Shown here: positions 1-13,540 of the stretch, in pieces
How the letters are laid out: every line of letters starts with the position of its first letter
Numbering within the stretch: position 1 is the stretch's first letter
NCBI RefSeq assembly: GCF_963921235.1
Contig: NC_086097.1
Location: 100,256,001 to 100,320,000, forward strand
From: Mobula hypostoma
Lineage: Eukaryota
Reading direction: 5' to 3'
DNA: 64,000 bases
Position numbers and translations under genes: made by a program
The notes under the pieces: generated by a model
Told to the model about the DNA's origin: nothing
Seen by the model: only the letters and a program-made list of their open reading frames with translations
Databases searched by the model: none

Positions 1-272
1 GCTTCCCTTGCAGTGAGAGCTCACAAAAATCTTTAACAATGTTGAGATGTGCAAGCTGACAATCTAAACCTTAAATCTAATGTTTTCCAGATTTTTGTTG
101 GAGCATTGTTCAGTCAGTCTTTGACAATTATTAAAACTAAACTTCGTTCAATAGTGAGAGCATGACTTGTATCAAAATGTGTTCATTTTTTTGGTGGCAT
201 GGCGAAGGAGCAGGTAAGCTTGGGCTGAAAAGTGAACTGCTTATTCTCCCCCATTGACACTACCTTTCCCCA

Positions 273-521
273 AACAAGAAAAAATCTGCAGATGCTGGAA
301 ATCAGAGCAACACACACAAAATGCTGGAGGAGCTCAGTAGGTCAGGCAGCATCTACGCAAAAGAGTATTGTAGACGTTTCAGGGCAAAACCTGCCAAAGG
401 GTTTCAGCCCGAAACATCAACTGTACTCCTTTCTGTAGATGCTGCCTGGCCTGCTGAGTTTATCCAGCACTTAGTGTGTATTGCTCTGGATTTCCAGCAT
501 CTGCAGAATTTCTTGTGTTTA
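273..521. mobile_element. Palindromic Penelope-pLTR-derived element, older subfamily; hammerhead cores decayed
   Basis: Arms of about 110 bp are inverted repeats (aaatctgcagatgctggaaatc...ggcagcatcta / tagatgctgcc...tttccagcatctgcagaattt). The centre keeps gggtttcagcccgaaac but has no CTGAnGA. Confidence 0.75.
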
Positions 522-1939
522 TGGTGTGCAATAGGTTTTCCCAGAACGATGAGTGATTGGATTTTAGTTTTCTTTTGCACTTTCTGACCACCGATCAACC
601 AAGCACGAAAATCAAGGCTGGAAATTTGGAATGAAAGGTGAAAAGGAAGGAAATATTCAGTGGGTGGGGTAGGATCTGTGGAGGTGGAAATGGGAGATGT
701 CATTGGAAGCTGAATATCCTTGGTCAGAATTGGGATGAACACCATTGGTGACAGGCTTCAGGGAGGCTGAGGGTGGGGTGCAAAGTGAGGAAAGGAAAAT
801 TTACCTCAAAAAAATGGGTGGAACCAGGGTGGCCATGGGAATAAGCTGTAAATGAGGTCAACTATTAATGGGCTAGTGGGGGCATTTGGAAGAAGGGGAC
901 TCTCAGCAGATGAGGGAGCTTCTGTTTTATTTGAAACATCTAAGCTCTCTCATCCAAAGTATCATGATAATCAAAATATGCTGAGAGACTTTGTGGTGAG
1001 CAGGCTCGAAGGGCCAAATGGCCCTCTCCTGCTCCTGTTTCTGAAATGACATTGACAAATGGCATTGAGAGGGTCTCTGTATGAGCCGTTCTTCTGCCCA
1101 TCCCTTTAGCTGAACTGACAGTGCTGGGTGCCAGCTGTTTGTTGCATCGTGTGACTACTGATCTGCTCCTTTTGGCTGGGATCTTGCTTGGTTTCTGGTC
1201 AGTTGCCTGGAGCTGAAAGGAATGGGAAACTCTTGGTTCAAGCCAACCTCTCACACAAATGGACTCCTCCTGTATAACCTGTCACCAACTTAAGTTGCCA
1301 ACACGTGGTGTTAAATGCAGTGCTTTTGCAAATCAAGTAATCTTGATCAGAATAGGGTCACCTTCTATTTCCTATTTAGAGTATTGCAGAGGAATGCTGA
1401 TGTAGGTACATTTAAGATTGTAAAGGGCCACATCAGGGTAGATGTTGAAGTGACCACGAGTGGGAGGGTCTCAAATGAACGGGCATTGTTTCAGCATTAG
1501 AGCTTGGTTATTTAGAACAAGATCTTTCTCACCTAGTTTCTGAAGTTCTCAATCCTGAGATTCATGAGGCTGGCCTTCGAGGTATTTAAAATGAAGGTAG
1601 AAACTTTTTTGAAAGTTTGGGGAATTGAAGGCTGTAGGATCTTAGTAACAGTAAAGACTATCCTTTCTGACCACATTGAAAAGCAGGCAGAGCAGGTTTG
1701 AAAGACCAGTAGCTGACTACTGTGATTTTGCTCTCTTGTCTTGTTCTTGAAGCTCTGTTTCCATTTGTTCTGTGCAGAGAGGGAAGAAGAAAAGAAATAT
1801 CAGCAAAAAAAAACCAACAATATTTTAAGGGCTACAATAAAACCAGAAAAGGTCGAAACAAGTAACAGGTCGGGCAGCATCTACGGACATGGAAAGAGTT
1901 GTAGGACCCTCTCATTTAACTTTTTTTTTCATTCCTTCA

Positions 1940-4900
1940 AGCAAAGTAATCTCGGGATTGCTACCTGTATAATGTGCTAGCGAGGGCAAGAATAGTAGGA
2001 TCAGGCAGATGAATGCGTGGCTGAGAGACTGGTGCAGGGGGCAGGGCTTCAGATTCTTGGATAATTGGGATCTCTTCTGGGGGAAGTATGACCTGTTCAA
2101 AAAGGACAGGTTACACCTGAACCCGAAGGGGACCAATATCCTGGCAGGAAAGTTTAATAGAGCTGTTAGGGAGAGTTTAAACTAATTTGGCAGGGGGATG
2201 GGAACCAGAATGACAGAGTGGAGGAAGGGGAAAACAGAAAAAAATCTAAGATAGTGAGCAGTAAAGATGTCAGCAAAGACAGGCAGGTGATGGGGCAAAT
2301 TTGTAGCCATTGGGATGAGTTGCAATGCAATAAAGTTGCAGTGATATCAAAGCAAAAAGTACCAAATACTGGTCTTAAGGTGTTATACTTAAATGCACAC
2401 AGCATAAGGAATAAGGTGGATGATCTTGTCGTACAGCTACAGATTGGCAGGTATGATTTTTTGGCCATCACTGAGACCTGTCTCTGGGAGCTGAATGTCC
2501 AAGGATACATGGTGTATCGGAAGGATAGGAAGGTAGGCAGAGGGGGAGGCGTGGCTTTATTGGTAAGAAGTGATATTAAATCACTAGGAAGAGGTGATAT
2601 AGGATCGGAAGGTGCAGAATCTTTATGGGTTGAGCTAAGAAATCGCAGGGGTAAAAGGACCCTGATGGCAGTGATTTATAGGCCTCCAAACAGCTGCAGT
2701 GATGTGGACTACAAATTACAACAGGAAACAGAAAAGGCTTGTCAGAAGGGCAGTGTTATGATAATTGTGGGGGATTTTAACATGCAAGTGGATTGGGAAA
2801 ATCAGGTCGGCACTGGATCTCAAGAGAGAGAATTTGTAGAATGTCTGCGAGATGGCCTTTTAGAACAGCTTGTTGTTGAGCCCACCAGGGGATCGGCTGT
2901 ACTGGATTGCGTATTGTGTAATGAACTGGAGGTGATTAGAGAGATTAAGGTGAAGGAACCCTTAGGAGGCAGTGATCATAACATGATTGAATTCACGTGA
3001 AATTTGAAAAAGAGAAGCCGAAATCTGATGTGTCGGTGTTTCAGTGGAGTAAAGGAAATTACAGTGGCATGAGAGAGGAACTGGCCAAAGTTGACTGGAA
3101 AGGGACACTGGCGGGAAAGACGGCAGAGCAGCAGTGGCTGGAGTTTATGCGAGAAGTGAGGAAGGTGCAAGACAGGTATATTCCAAAAATGAAGAAGTTT
3201 TCGAATGGAAAAAGGATGCAACCGTGGTTGACACGAGAAGTCAAAGCCAAAGTTAAAGCATAGGAGAGGGCATACAAGGAAGCAAAATTAGTGGGAAGAC
3301 AGAGGATTGGGAAGTTTTTAAAACTTTACAAAAAGAAACTAAGAAGGTCATTAAGAGGGAAAAGATTAACTATGAAAGGAAGCTAGCAAATAATATCGAA
3401 GAGGATACTAAAAGCTTTTTCAAGTATATAAAAAGTAAAAGATAGGTGAGAGTAGATATAGGACTGATAGAAAATGATGCTGGAGAAATTGTAATGGGAG
3501 ATAAGGAGATGGCGGAGGAACTGAACGAGTATTTTGCATCAGTCTTCACTGAGGAAGACATCAGCAGTATACCGGACACTCACGGGTGGCAGGGAAGAGA
3601 AGTGTGCACAGTCACAATTATGACAGCGAAAGTACTCAGGAAGCTGAATAGGCTAAAGGTAGATAAATCTCCGGGACCAGATGGAATGCACCCTCGTGTT
3701 CTGAAGGAAGTAGCTGTGGAGATTGCGGAGGAATTAGCGATGATATTTTAAAAGTCAATAGATTCTGGCATGGTTCCGGAGGACTGGAAGATTGTAAATA
3801 TCACTCCGCTATTTAAGAAGGGGGCAAGGAAGCAAAAAGGAAATTATAGACCTGTTAGCTTGACATTGGTGGTTGGGAAGTTGTTGGAGTCGATCGTCAA
3901 GGATGAGGTTACAGAGTAGCTGGAGGCATATGACAAGATAGGCAGAACTCAGCATGGATTCCTTAAAGGAAAATCCTGCCTGACAAACCTATGACAATTT
4001 TTTGAGGAAATTACCAGCAGGCTAGACAAGGGAGATGTAGTGGATGTTGTATATTTGGATTTTCAGAAGGCCTTTGACAAGGTGCCACACATGAGGCTAC
4101 TTAACAAGATAAGAGCCCATGGAATTACGGGAAAGTTACATACGTGGATAGAGTATTGGTTGATTGTCAGGAAACAGAGAGTGGGAATAAAGGGATCCTA
4201 TTCTGGTTGGCTGCCAGTTACCAGTGGTGTTCCACAGGGGTCCGTGTTGGGGCCACTTCTTTTTACGTTGTACATCAATGATTTGGATTATGGAATAGAT
4301 GGCTTTGTGGCTAAGTTTGCTGATGATACGAAGGTAGGTGGAGGGGCTGGTAGTGCTGAGGAAATGGAGAGTCTGCAGAGAGACTTGGATAGATTGGAAG
4401 AATGGGCAAAGAAGTGGAAAATGAAATACAATGTTGGAAAGTGTATGGTTATGCACTTTGGCAGAAGAAGTAAACAGGCAGACTATTATTTAAATGGGGA
4501 AAGAATTCAAAGTTCTGAGATGCAACGGGATTTGGGAGTCCTGGTACAGGATACCCTTAAGGTTAACCTCCAGGTTGAGTCAGTAGTGAAGAAGGCGAAT
4601 GCAATGTTGGCATTCATTTCGAGAGGAATAGAGTATAGGAGCAGGGATGTGATGTTGAGGCTCTATAAGGCGCTGGTGAGACCTCACTTGGAGTACTGTG
4701 GGCAGTTTTGGTCTCCTTATTTAAGAAAGGATGTGCTGACGTTGGAGAGGGTACAGAGAAGGTTCACTAGAATGATTCCGGGAATGAGAGGGTTAACATA
4801 TGAGGAACGTTTGTCCGCTCTTGGACTGTATTCCTTGGAGTTTAGAAGAATGAGGGGAGACCTGATAGAAACATTTCGAATGTTGAAAGGCATGGACAGA

Positions 4901-5250
4901 GTGGATGTGGCAAAGTTGTTTCCCATGATGGGGGAGTCTAGTACGAGAGGGCATGACTTAAGGATTGAAGGGCGCCCATTCAGAACAGAAATGTGAAGTA
5001 ATTTTTTTAGTCAGAGGGTGGTGAATCTATGGAATTTGTTGCCACTGACAGCAGTGGAGGCTAAGTTGTTGGGTGTATTTAAGGCAGAGATTGATAGGTA
5101 TCTGAGTAGCCAGGGCATCAAAGGTTATGGTGAGAAGGCGGGGGAGTGGGACTAAATGGGAGAATGGATCAGCTCATGATAAAATGGTGGAGCAGACTCG
5201 ATGGGCCGAATGGCCAACTTCTGCTCCTTTGTATTATGGTCTTATGGTCT
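1940..5250 (+). mobile_element. CR1-clade LINE, near full ORF2 (APE endonuclease + RT) plus ORF1 esterase C-terminus; inactivated
   Basis: ORF1 end ...NAWLRDWCRGQGFRFLDNWDLFWGK...LHLNPKG. EN motifs LYLNAHSIRNK, IYRPPNS, VGDFN, GSDHN. RT motifs YLDFQKAFDKV, SGVPQGSVLGP, KFADD. Several stops and frameshifts. Tail tatggtcttatggtct. Confidence 0.95.
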
Positions 5251-5279
5251 TAAATTGTTTTAACAATGCTGACAGTGAC

Positions 5280-7520
5280 TCCATCCTTTATAAAGAGAGG
5301 ATCTAGACAAGGCAACCTAAAATTCTGAACTTAGTTTGGGGGAATGAAGCTGGACAGGTGGGAGAACATTGTAGTAGGCGATTATATTTCAGTTAGATTT
5401 ACCATTGATGTGGAAGAGGCCATAGGTGACAGGATAGTGAAGAAGGTAATTGGTAAACTAGTTTTTATAGGCATTGAGTATAAGATTTGAGACATCATGC
5501 TGCAGCTGTACAAAGCATTGGCTAGACCACATTTTGAGCAGTGTGTATAGTTCTGGCCACCACACTTCAGGAAGGATGTGATAACAATAGAGAGAGAGTG
5601 TGGAAGAGATTTATCAGGTTGTTGTTTGGAAAGGAGAGATTAGATAGGCTGGGTTTATTCTCTTTGGAACATAGGAGCCCGAGGGACAACTTATGGAGAT
5701 GTATACACAGATAAATAAAATAGAATTTACTTCCAAGTAAAGGGAATTACAAAGGCATGAGAGGGGAGCTGGCCAAAGATTTAGTGTGAAGTTAGAGGAT
5801 TGGGAAGTTTTTAAAAACCAAAAAAAGGCAACTAAAAAAGCCATAAGGAGCGAAAAGATGAAATAAGCTGATAAATAATGTCAAAGAGAATATCAAAAGT
5901 GTTTTCAGATATATAAAAGAGTAAAACAGGTGAGAGTCGATATGGGATTGCTGGATAATGACACTGGAGAGGGAGTAATAAGGGAACGAAGAAATGGCAG
6001 ATGAATTTAATAAATCTTCACTGTGGAAAACACTAGCAGTATGTCAGCAGTCCGAGAGTGCCAGGGGTAGGACTGAGTGTAAATGCTATTACTAAGGAGA
6101 AGGTGCTTATGAAGCTGAAAGGACTGAAGGTAGATACGTCACCTGGATCAAGTGGACTACACCCCGGGGTTCTGGAGGAGGAAGCTGAAGAGATTGTGGA
6201 GGCACTTGTAGAGATCTTTCAAGAATCACTAGATTCTGGAATGGTTCCAGAAGACTGGAAAATTGCAAATTTCACTCTACTCTTTAAGAAGGGAGTGAGG
6301 CAGAAAAAATGTAATTATCGGCTATTAGCTTGACTTCAGTTCTTGGGAAGCTGTTGGAGTCCATTATTAAGGATGAGGTTTTAGGGTACTGGGAAGCGCT
6401 TGATAAAATAGGCCAAAGTTAGCATAGTTTCCTTAAGGGAAAATATTGCCTGACAAATCTGTTGGAATTCTTTGAGGAAATAACAAGCAGTATAGATGAA
6501 GGAGAGTCAGTCGATATTGTTTACTTGGATTTTCAGAAGGCCTTTGACAAGATACCACACATGAGGCTGCTTAACAAGATAAGAGCCCATGGTATTACAG
6601 GAAAGATACTAGCATGGATAGAGCATTGGCTGATTAGCTGGAGGGAAAGAGTGGGAATAAAGGGAGCCTTTTCTGGTTGGCTGCTGGTGACTAGTGGTGT
6701 TCCGCAGGAATCTGTGTTGAAACCAATTCTTTTTACGTTATATGTCAGTGACTAGGATGATAGAATTGGTGGCTTTTTGGCCGAGTTTGCAAACAATACA
6801 GAAATTGGTGGAGGGGCAGGTAGTGCTGAGGAAGCAGGGAGTCTGCAGAAAGACAGACAGATTGGGAGAATGGGCAGAAGAATATAGTATAGGGAGGTGT
6901 ATGGTCATGCAGTTTGGTAGAAAGAATAAAGGCATAGACTACTTTCTAAATGGGGAGAGAATTCAGAGGTGCAAGGGAACTTAGGAGTCCTTGTGCAGGA
7001 TTCCCTAAAGGTTAACTTGCAAATTGAGCTGGTAGTGAGGAAGGCAAATGCAATATGAGCACTTGTTTTTGGAGGACTGAATAAAAGGGCAGGGATGTAA
7101 GGTTGAAGCTTTATAAGGTATTGCTCAGACCTCTCTTGGAGTATTGTGAGCAGTTTTGGACCTGATATTTAAGATATGATGTGCTGGCATTAGTGAGGGT
7201 CCAGAGGAAGTTCATGACATTCATTCCAGGAATGAAAGGTTAATGTGTGAGGAGCTTTGATGGCTCTGTGCCTGTATCCACTGGAGTTTAGAAGAATGAG
7301 GGGAGATCTCATTGAAATGTATTGAATATTGAAAGGCCTAGATAGAGTGGATGTGGAAAGGATATTTCATGTAGTGGGTGGGTCTAGGACCAGAGTATCA
7401 GCCTCAGAATAGAGGAGCGTCCCTTTAGAGCAGAAATGAGGAGGGGTTTCTTTACCCAGGGGAAAGTAAACCTGTGGAATTTATTGCCATAGACATCTGT
7501 GGATGCCAAGTCATTGATTA
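5280..7520 (+). mobile_element. Older degraded CR1 ORF2 fragments; the 3' end resumes at about 10306-10456
   Basis: ORFs 6058-6333 and 6462-6755 contain PEDWKIAN, YLDFQKAFDK and SGVPQES. The CR1 3' sequence gccaagtcattg...|tatttaaag is split by the 7521-10305 insertion. Confidence 0.85.
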
Positions 7521-10305
7521 TATCCATCATTAAGGACCCCCACCACCCAGCCATGCTTTTCTCATTGCTGTCATCAGGAAGGAGGTACAGAAGCCGTCAG
7601 GACCCAGAGCCACAGGTTCAGGAACAGTTATTGTCCCCTCCCGCCTCAGGACCCACACCCCCAGGTTCAGGAACGGTTATTACCCCCTCTGGCCTCAGGA
7701 CTCATGGCCCCAGGTTCAGGAACAGTTATTGCCCCCTCTGGTCTCAGGACCCACACCCCCAGGTTCAGGAACAGTTATTGCCCCTCTGGCCTCAGGACGC
7801 ACGGCCCCAGGTTCAGGAACAGTTATTGCCCCCTCTGGCCTCAGGACCCACACCCCCAGGTTCAGTAACAGTTATTGCCCCCTCTGGCCTCAGGACCCAC
7901 ACCCCCAGGTTCAGGAACAGTTATTACCCCCTCTGGTCTCAGGACCCACAAACCCAGGTTCAGGAAGTTATTACCCCCTCTGGTCTCAGGACCCACACCC
8001 CCAGGTTCAGGAACAGTTATTGCCCCCTCTGGCCTCAGGACCCACAAACCCAGGTTCAGGAACAGTTATTACCCCCTTTGGTCACAGGACCCACACCCCC
8101 AGTTTCAGGAACAGTTATTACCCCCTCTGGTCTCAGGACCCACACCCCCATTTCAGGAACAGTTATTACCCCCTCTGGTCTCAGGACCCACAAACCCAGG
8201 TTCAGGAACAGTTATTACCACCTATAGGCTCAGGACCCACAAACCCAGGTTCAAGAACAGTTATTACCCCCTCTGGCCTCAGGACTCACGGCCCCAGGTT
8301 CAAGAACAGTTATTACCCCCTCTGGCCTCAGGACTCACAGCACAAGATTCAGGAACAGTTATTGCCCCCTCTGGCCTCAGGACCCTCACCCCCAGGTTCA
8401 AGAACAGTTATTAGCCCCTCTGGCCTCAGGACCCACACCCCCAGGTTCAGGAACAGTTATCACCCCCTCTGGCCTCAGGACCCACACCCCCAGTTTCAGG
8501 AACAGTTATTACCCCCTCTGGCCTCAGGACCCACAAACCCAGGTTCAGGAAGTTATTTCTCCCTCTGGTCTCAGGACCCACAAACCCAGGTTCAGGAAGT
8601 TATTACCCCCTCTGGTCTCAGGACCCACAAACCCAGGTTCAAGAACAGTTATTACCCCCTCTGGCCTCAGGACTCACGGCCCCAGGTTCAAGAACAGTTA
8701 TTACCCCCTCTGGCCTCAGGACTCACAGCACAAGATTCAGGAACAGTTATTGCCCCCTCTGGCCTCAGGACCCTCACCCCCAGGTTCAAGAACAGTTATT
8801 ACCCCCTCTGGCCTCAGGACCCACACCCCCAGGTTCAGGAACAGTTATCACCCCCTCTGGCCTCAGGACCCACACCCCCAGTTTCAGGAACAGTTATTAC
8901 CCCCTCTGGCCTCAGGACCCACAAACCCAGGTTCAGGAAGTTATTTCTCCCTCTGGTCTCAGGACCCACAAACCCAGGTTCAGGAAGTTATTACCCCCTC
9001 TGGTCTCAGGACCCACACCCCCAGGTTCAGGAACAGTTATTACCCCCTCTGGTCTCAGGACCCACACCCCCAGGTTCAGGAACAGTTATTACCCCCTCTG
9101 GTCTCAGGACCCACACCCCCAGGTTCAGGAACAGTTATTACCCCCTCTGGTCTCAGGACCCACACCTCCATTTTCAGGAACAGTTATTGCCCCCTCTGGC
9201 CTCAGGACGCACAAACCCAGGTTCAGGAACAGTTATTGCCCCCTCTGGCCTCAGGACCCACACCCCCAGTTTCAGGAAGTTATTTCTCCCTCTGGTCTCA
9301 GGACCCACAAACCCAGGTTCAAGAACAGTAATTACCCCCTCTGGCCTCAGGACCCACACCCCCAGTTTCAGGAACAGTTATTACCCCCTCTGGCCTCAGG
9401 ACCCACAAACCCAGGTTCAGGAAGTTATTTCTCCCTCTGGTCTCAGGACCCACAAACCCAGGTTCAGGAAGTTATTACCCCCTCTGGTCTCAGGACCCAC
9501 ACCCCCAGGTTCAGGAACAGTTATTACCCCCTCTGGTCTCAGGACCCACACCCCCAGGTTCAGGAACAGTTATTACCCCCTCTGGTCTCAGGACCCACAC
9601 CCCCAGGTTCAGGAACAGTTATTACCCCCTCTGGTCTCAGGACCCACACCTCCATTTTCAGGAACAGTTATTGCCCCCTCTGGCCTCAGGATGCACAAAC
9701 CCAGGTTCAGGAACAGTTATTGCCCCCTCTGGCCTCAGGACCCACACCCCCAGTTTCAGGAAGTTATTTCTCCCTCTGGTCTCAGGACCCACAAACCCAG
9801 GTTCAGGAAGTTATTACCCCCTCTGGTCTCAGGACCCACACCCCCAGGTTCAGGAACAGTTATTACCCCCTCTGGTCTCAGGACCCACACCCCCAGGTTC
9901 AGGAACAGTTATTACCCCCTCTGGTCTCAGGACCCACACCCCCAGCTTCAGGAACAGTTATTGCACCCTCTGGCCTCAGGACCCACAAACCCAGGTTCAG
10001 GAATAGTTATTACCCCCTCTGGCTCTTGGTTCAGTGGGGAAAGCTTCACTCAATTTCACCTGTCCCATCACTGAACTGTTTTTCACAACCTATGGATTCA
10101 CTTTCAAGGACTCTTCATCTCATATTCTCGATGATTATAGCTTGTTTATTTTCTTATTTGTTTATCTTTTGCATTTGCACAGTCTGTTGTTTGGATATTG
10201 CTTGTTTGTCCGTCCTGTAAGATGTGGTTTTAGTTACTGCCAGAAAATGAATCTCAGGGTTGTAAATGGTGATGTATGTTAGTCTGCTAGTACATGAACT
10301 TTGAT
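7521..10305 (+). mobile_element. 3' fragment of a Rex1/Babar-like LINE nested in CR1 and containing a large minisatellite
   Basis: Translation SIIKDPHHPAMLFSLLSSGRRYRS...RFRNSYYP resembles the Rex1-type ORF C-terminus. An AT-rich 3' UTR follows, ending tgaactttga. Confidence 0.7.
7598..10022 (+). repeat. 49-bp minisatellite (47-bp variant), about 50 units, with higher-order blocks
   Basis: Unit ggcctcaggacccacacccccaggttcaggaacagttattaccccctct. The long ORFs listed here are artefacts of the repeat. Confidence 0.97.
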
Positions 10306-12294
10306 ATTTAAAGTGGGGGCTGATAGGTTATTAATTAGTCAGGGTGTCAAAGATTACAGGGAGAAGGCAGGAGAATGCAGTTGAGAGGGCTGTGGTGGAA
10401 TACTAGAGCAGACTCGATGGACCGAATGGACACAAGACCATATGTGTTGTGGTCTTCAAGCTTTATAATTTAGAATTAGAGAGTGCAGGTTTGAGCAAGA
10501 AGGGAGAAATTTAGTGGACATCTGAGCGCTAACTGTTCCACACAGATGGAGGTACTTACCTGGAGAAAGATGCTAGAGGAAGATACAAGATCCCCGGACA
10601 GGATAAGTATGGAGGGATACAGGCCTCAGGTAGGTAAATAGCATCAGCGTAGGAAGGCAGGGTCAGGGTTGGCTGAAGGAGCTCATACAGTTCCATGTTT
10701 CTGTGACAAAGACTCCTAGTTTGGGTGGATCAACATTACAAGCCTGAGGAGTGTGAGGGAAAGCGGATAGGAACCAGCAGCATGGTGGTCAGTCACAGAG
10801 CAAGGGGAGGTGTCTCAGATGCAGATTCAGGATGTTCAGGGTTAAAAATAAAGAGAGGGACTGACAAGTATAGAGCCTCTGATGATGAGGATAGCCTGTC
10901 ACAACAATCAAGCTCACATCAGGCACCATAAACTTGCTACAGTGTGGACAGCTTAGAAGGAGAAATTCGGAAAGGAAGGTGAAGATGCAAAAACATACTG
11001 GCTTCTGACATTGAAGAAAATAGGAAGGTAAAGAGCAAACTAAGGGAAACAACTGGGGTCATTAGGGTCCAGAGAAGTCACTTGTGTATGTGGAGGGGGA
11101 GAGTGTGCTTAAGGTTTTAATAATAACTATCAGTTATCTTCTCAGTAGAAGGGACGATGTTGTGTTGTGGTTAAGGGAGGTTGTGTGTATAGTACTGAAT
11201 GAGGAAGGCAGCAGGGAGCTGGTATATTCAAAAATGGATAAATTGCCAGGCCTGGATAAAATATATCTCAGGATGTTAAAAGAAGCACACGAGGGAAATT
11301 ACAGAGGCAACGGCTGCAGGAGTGGAGTCAGAGGACAGGAGCAGGGCTGGTGTTGTGGGAGGAGGGGATATCAATGCAAGTACACTCCTGTGTTGGGTCA
11401 GTACTTGGTCTCTGCTCAGAGGGACAGTGTGAACCTTCACTGTACAGGTTACAGGTTAACCTGAGAGGTACAGGTTACTCAACAACAACAGATTTGTTTA
11501 TCAGACCGATGGGATGACCTTGTTACCGCCTCAGGGAGTTTAGTGAGGCAGTGTTTGCTGCAGTCTGTGGGTTTTCCCAAAGCCCTGCACGTCAGATCAA
11601 AAAGGTAAACTGGTAGGGGATCCCGGGGGTAGGAGATGGGGTGACACGTTGGACCCAAAGCTGTTTTGGTGGCAGGAGTAGAGTGATGGGTGCTGGGTGT
11701 TTTTATGACCGGTGAGGTCTCACAGGGTTCAGTATCTGGTCTGTTGGATTGATGATGAATGTTAATGATTTAGACCAAATGCAGGGGGAATGATTGCAGT
11801 GTTCATAGAATTGATGGAAGATCCGGTGTAGCTGACAGTGGGGAGGAATCTTTTAAAGGCTGCAGGCAGGCTGAAAATGGAAAGTGGAATTTAAAGTGTG
11901 GTTTGGTACCCGGTCCTGCGGGTTTGATGGTGAATATTAATGAGTTAGACCAAATGTATGTGTTATGTGTGAGTTGTATGTACTGTATTGTGCACCTTGG
12001 AGGTGTACGTGCATACAGTTGAATGACAATAAACTTGAACTTGAATTTGGGGGTAAATGATTAAAATAGATGTTAATTGCCATGTAGCTGACAGTGGAAG
12101 TGAAAGGTTTATGGACTACAGGCAGGTGTAGATGGAAGATGGAATTTAATCCAGAGGAGCGTGTGGAACAACGTGTGGAGATGTGCTTTAAGGAGAGCTA
12201 AGAAATTGAAAGAAGGTTGGTGTACTTCTTCCCACATCCTTCGGGTGGCAGACTGGATCAATCTGGTAGATGGAGCAATTGCCTTCATTTGCCA

Positions 12295-12560
12295 AAGGCC
12301 AGCACAGTAGCAGAGCAGGTAAAGGCACTGCTGCACAGCTCCAGAGGCCTGGCATCAATCCTGACTTGGTGGGCAGTTTGCTTGCTCCTGCTGCGATTGT
12401 GAGGGTTTCTGCTCCGTGCTCTGGTTGCCTCCCAGATCCCCAGAATGTGAAGGTTGGAAGATGTGTAGGTAGTGGTAGAATCTGAGGAAAATTGGGGGGA
12501 TTGTGGGAAGAACAGGCCATGGAAAATTAGTGTGGAGATCAGATTACTCTGAGCCAGTAG
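12295..12560 (+). mobile_element. Degenerate tRNA-derived SINE (HE1/V-SINE-like)
   Basis: gcacagtagcagagcaggt...ctgcacagctccaga...caatcctgac head, then an ...gggtttc...tgctctggtt..cctccca body shared with other copies in the window. Confidence 0.55.
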
Positions 12561-13489
12561 GACTCAGCGATCCAAATGACCTCCTATGCCATACAGCACA
12601 GAAACTTGTCCATGCTGATCAAACTGGTCCCATTTGCCAATATCCCTCAATGCTCCTGTCCAAATGCCTTCTAAATGTTGCTGTTCTATTGAAAAAACAA
12701 AGAAACTGCAGGAGCTGGAAGTCCAAAGGAAAACCGAAGCTATGAAGTTATACTGGAACTGGAGGCACTGATTAAGCCATTGTCTGAGAACTGCATCCAT
12801 TTCTGATCACCACCTGCCTGGGAAGCTGTGATTGTACTGGAGAGGGTGCAGGGGGATGGGAAGTTCTCACACGTGCAGAGCCATGGGGAAATTATGACCC
12901 TTCTGATCAGTTTGCTCCACCTCTCGCCTCTGAGTCAGATACCATTGGTTTTCGTCCTTGTCCATGTCCTAGAGCACGGGCACTTCACCCTCAGGGTCCC
13001 CTCCTGGGCGAGTGTGCCTTCCTCCACTCCGAACCTGTGCGATCCACAGTGGTGGACAATCCCACTGATCTCGCCACAGGTGGGGCTGGGGGAGTGTGAC
13101 CTGTTCCTCCTGCTGGAGCTGAGGGGCTTCTCAAGCTGCAGCTAATATGGAGCGATGGTAGCCAGTGTCATCAGTCTTGCAATCACTTCGTTTAGTGCTG
13201 GGGTCCCTAACCTGGAGTCCACGGACCTCTCAGTTAATAACAAGGGTCCATGGCATAAAAATCTTGTTCTTGTGTACTGTTCATACGATTCATTACACAG
13301 TGCATCGAGCTAGTAACAGAGGTAGAATAGAGAGTAGAGTAGCAGCTATAGAGAACGTACTCTGCAGGTAAACGATGCTGGGACAGCTGCCCAGCAGGCC
13401 AAGAGTTTAGAGCTGGGTTTGGTTTTGTTGAATTTGGTGCTGAATCCTTGGGGCTGTAGGCCGACTAGGTGTTGTTGTTGACCTTTGTT

Positions 13490-13540
13490 GGAACCAATTT
13501 CCCCCGGGATCAATAAAGTATGACTATGACTATGACTATG
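13490..13540 (+). mobile_element. About 50-bp 3' tail-only insertion of the Rex1-like family
   Basis: aaccaatttcccccgggatcaataaagtatgactatgactatga matches the 3' end of the Rex1 copy at 48660-48697. Confidence 0.75.

Noticed and set aside
273..521. Long hairpins as pre-miRNAs or DNA-transposon MITEs
   Set aside because: Family members have variable 12-14 bp TSDs, asymmetric ends and hammerhead cores, which fits retroposed inverted pLTRs better.
7499..10220. ORFs up to 781 aa (Pro-rich, mucin-like)
   Set aside because: Open in several frames because the 49-bp minisatellite unit lacks stops.
10725..10931. 68-aa acidic/Ser-rich ORF as a possible DPF3a-like alternative last exon
   Set aside because: No convincing acceptor or similarity; it lies among decayed CR1 fragments.
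12828..13145. GC-rich stretch with a 105-aa ORF
   Set aside because: No recognisable domain or exon boundaries on either strand.
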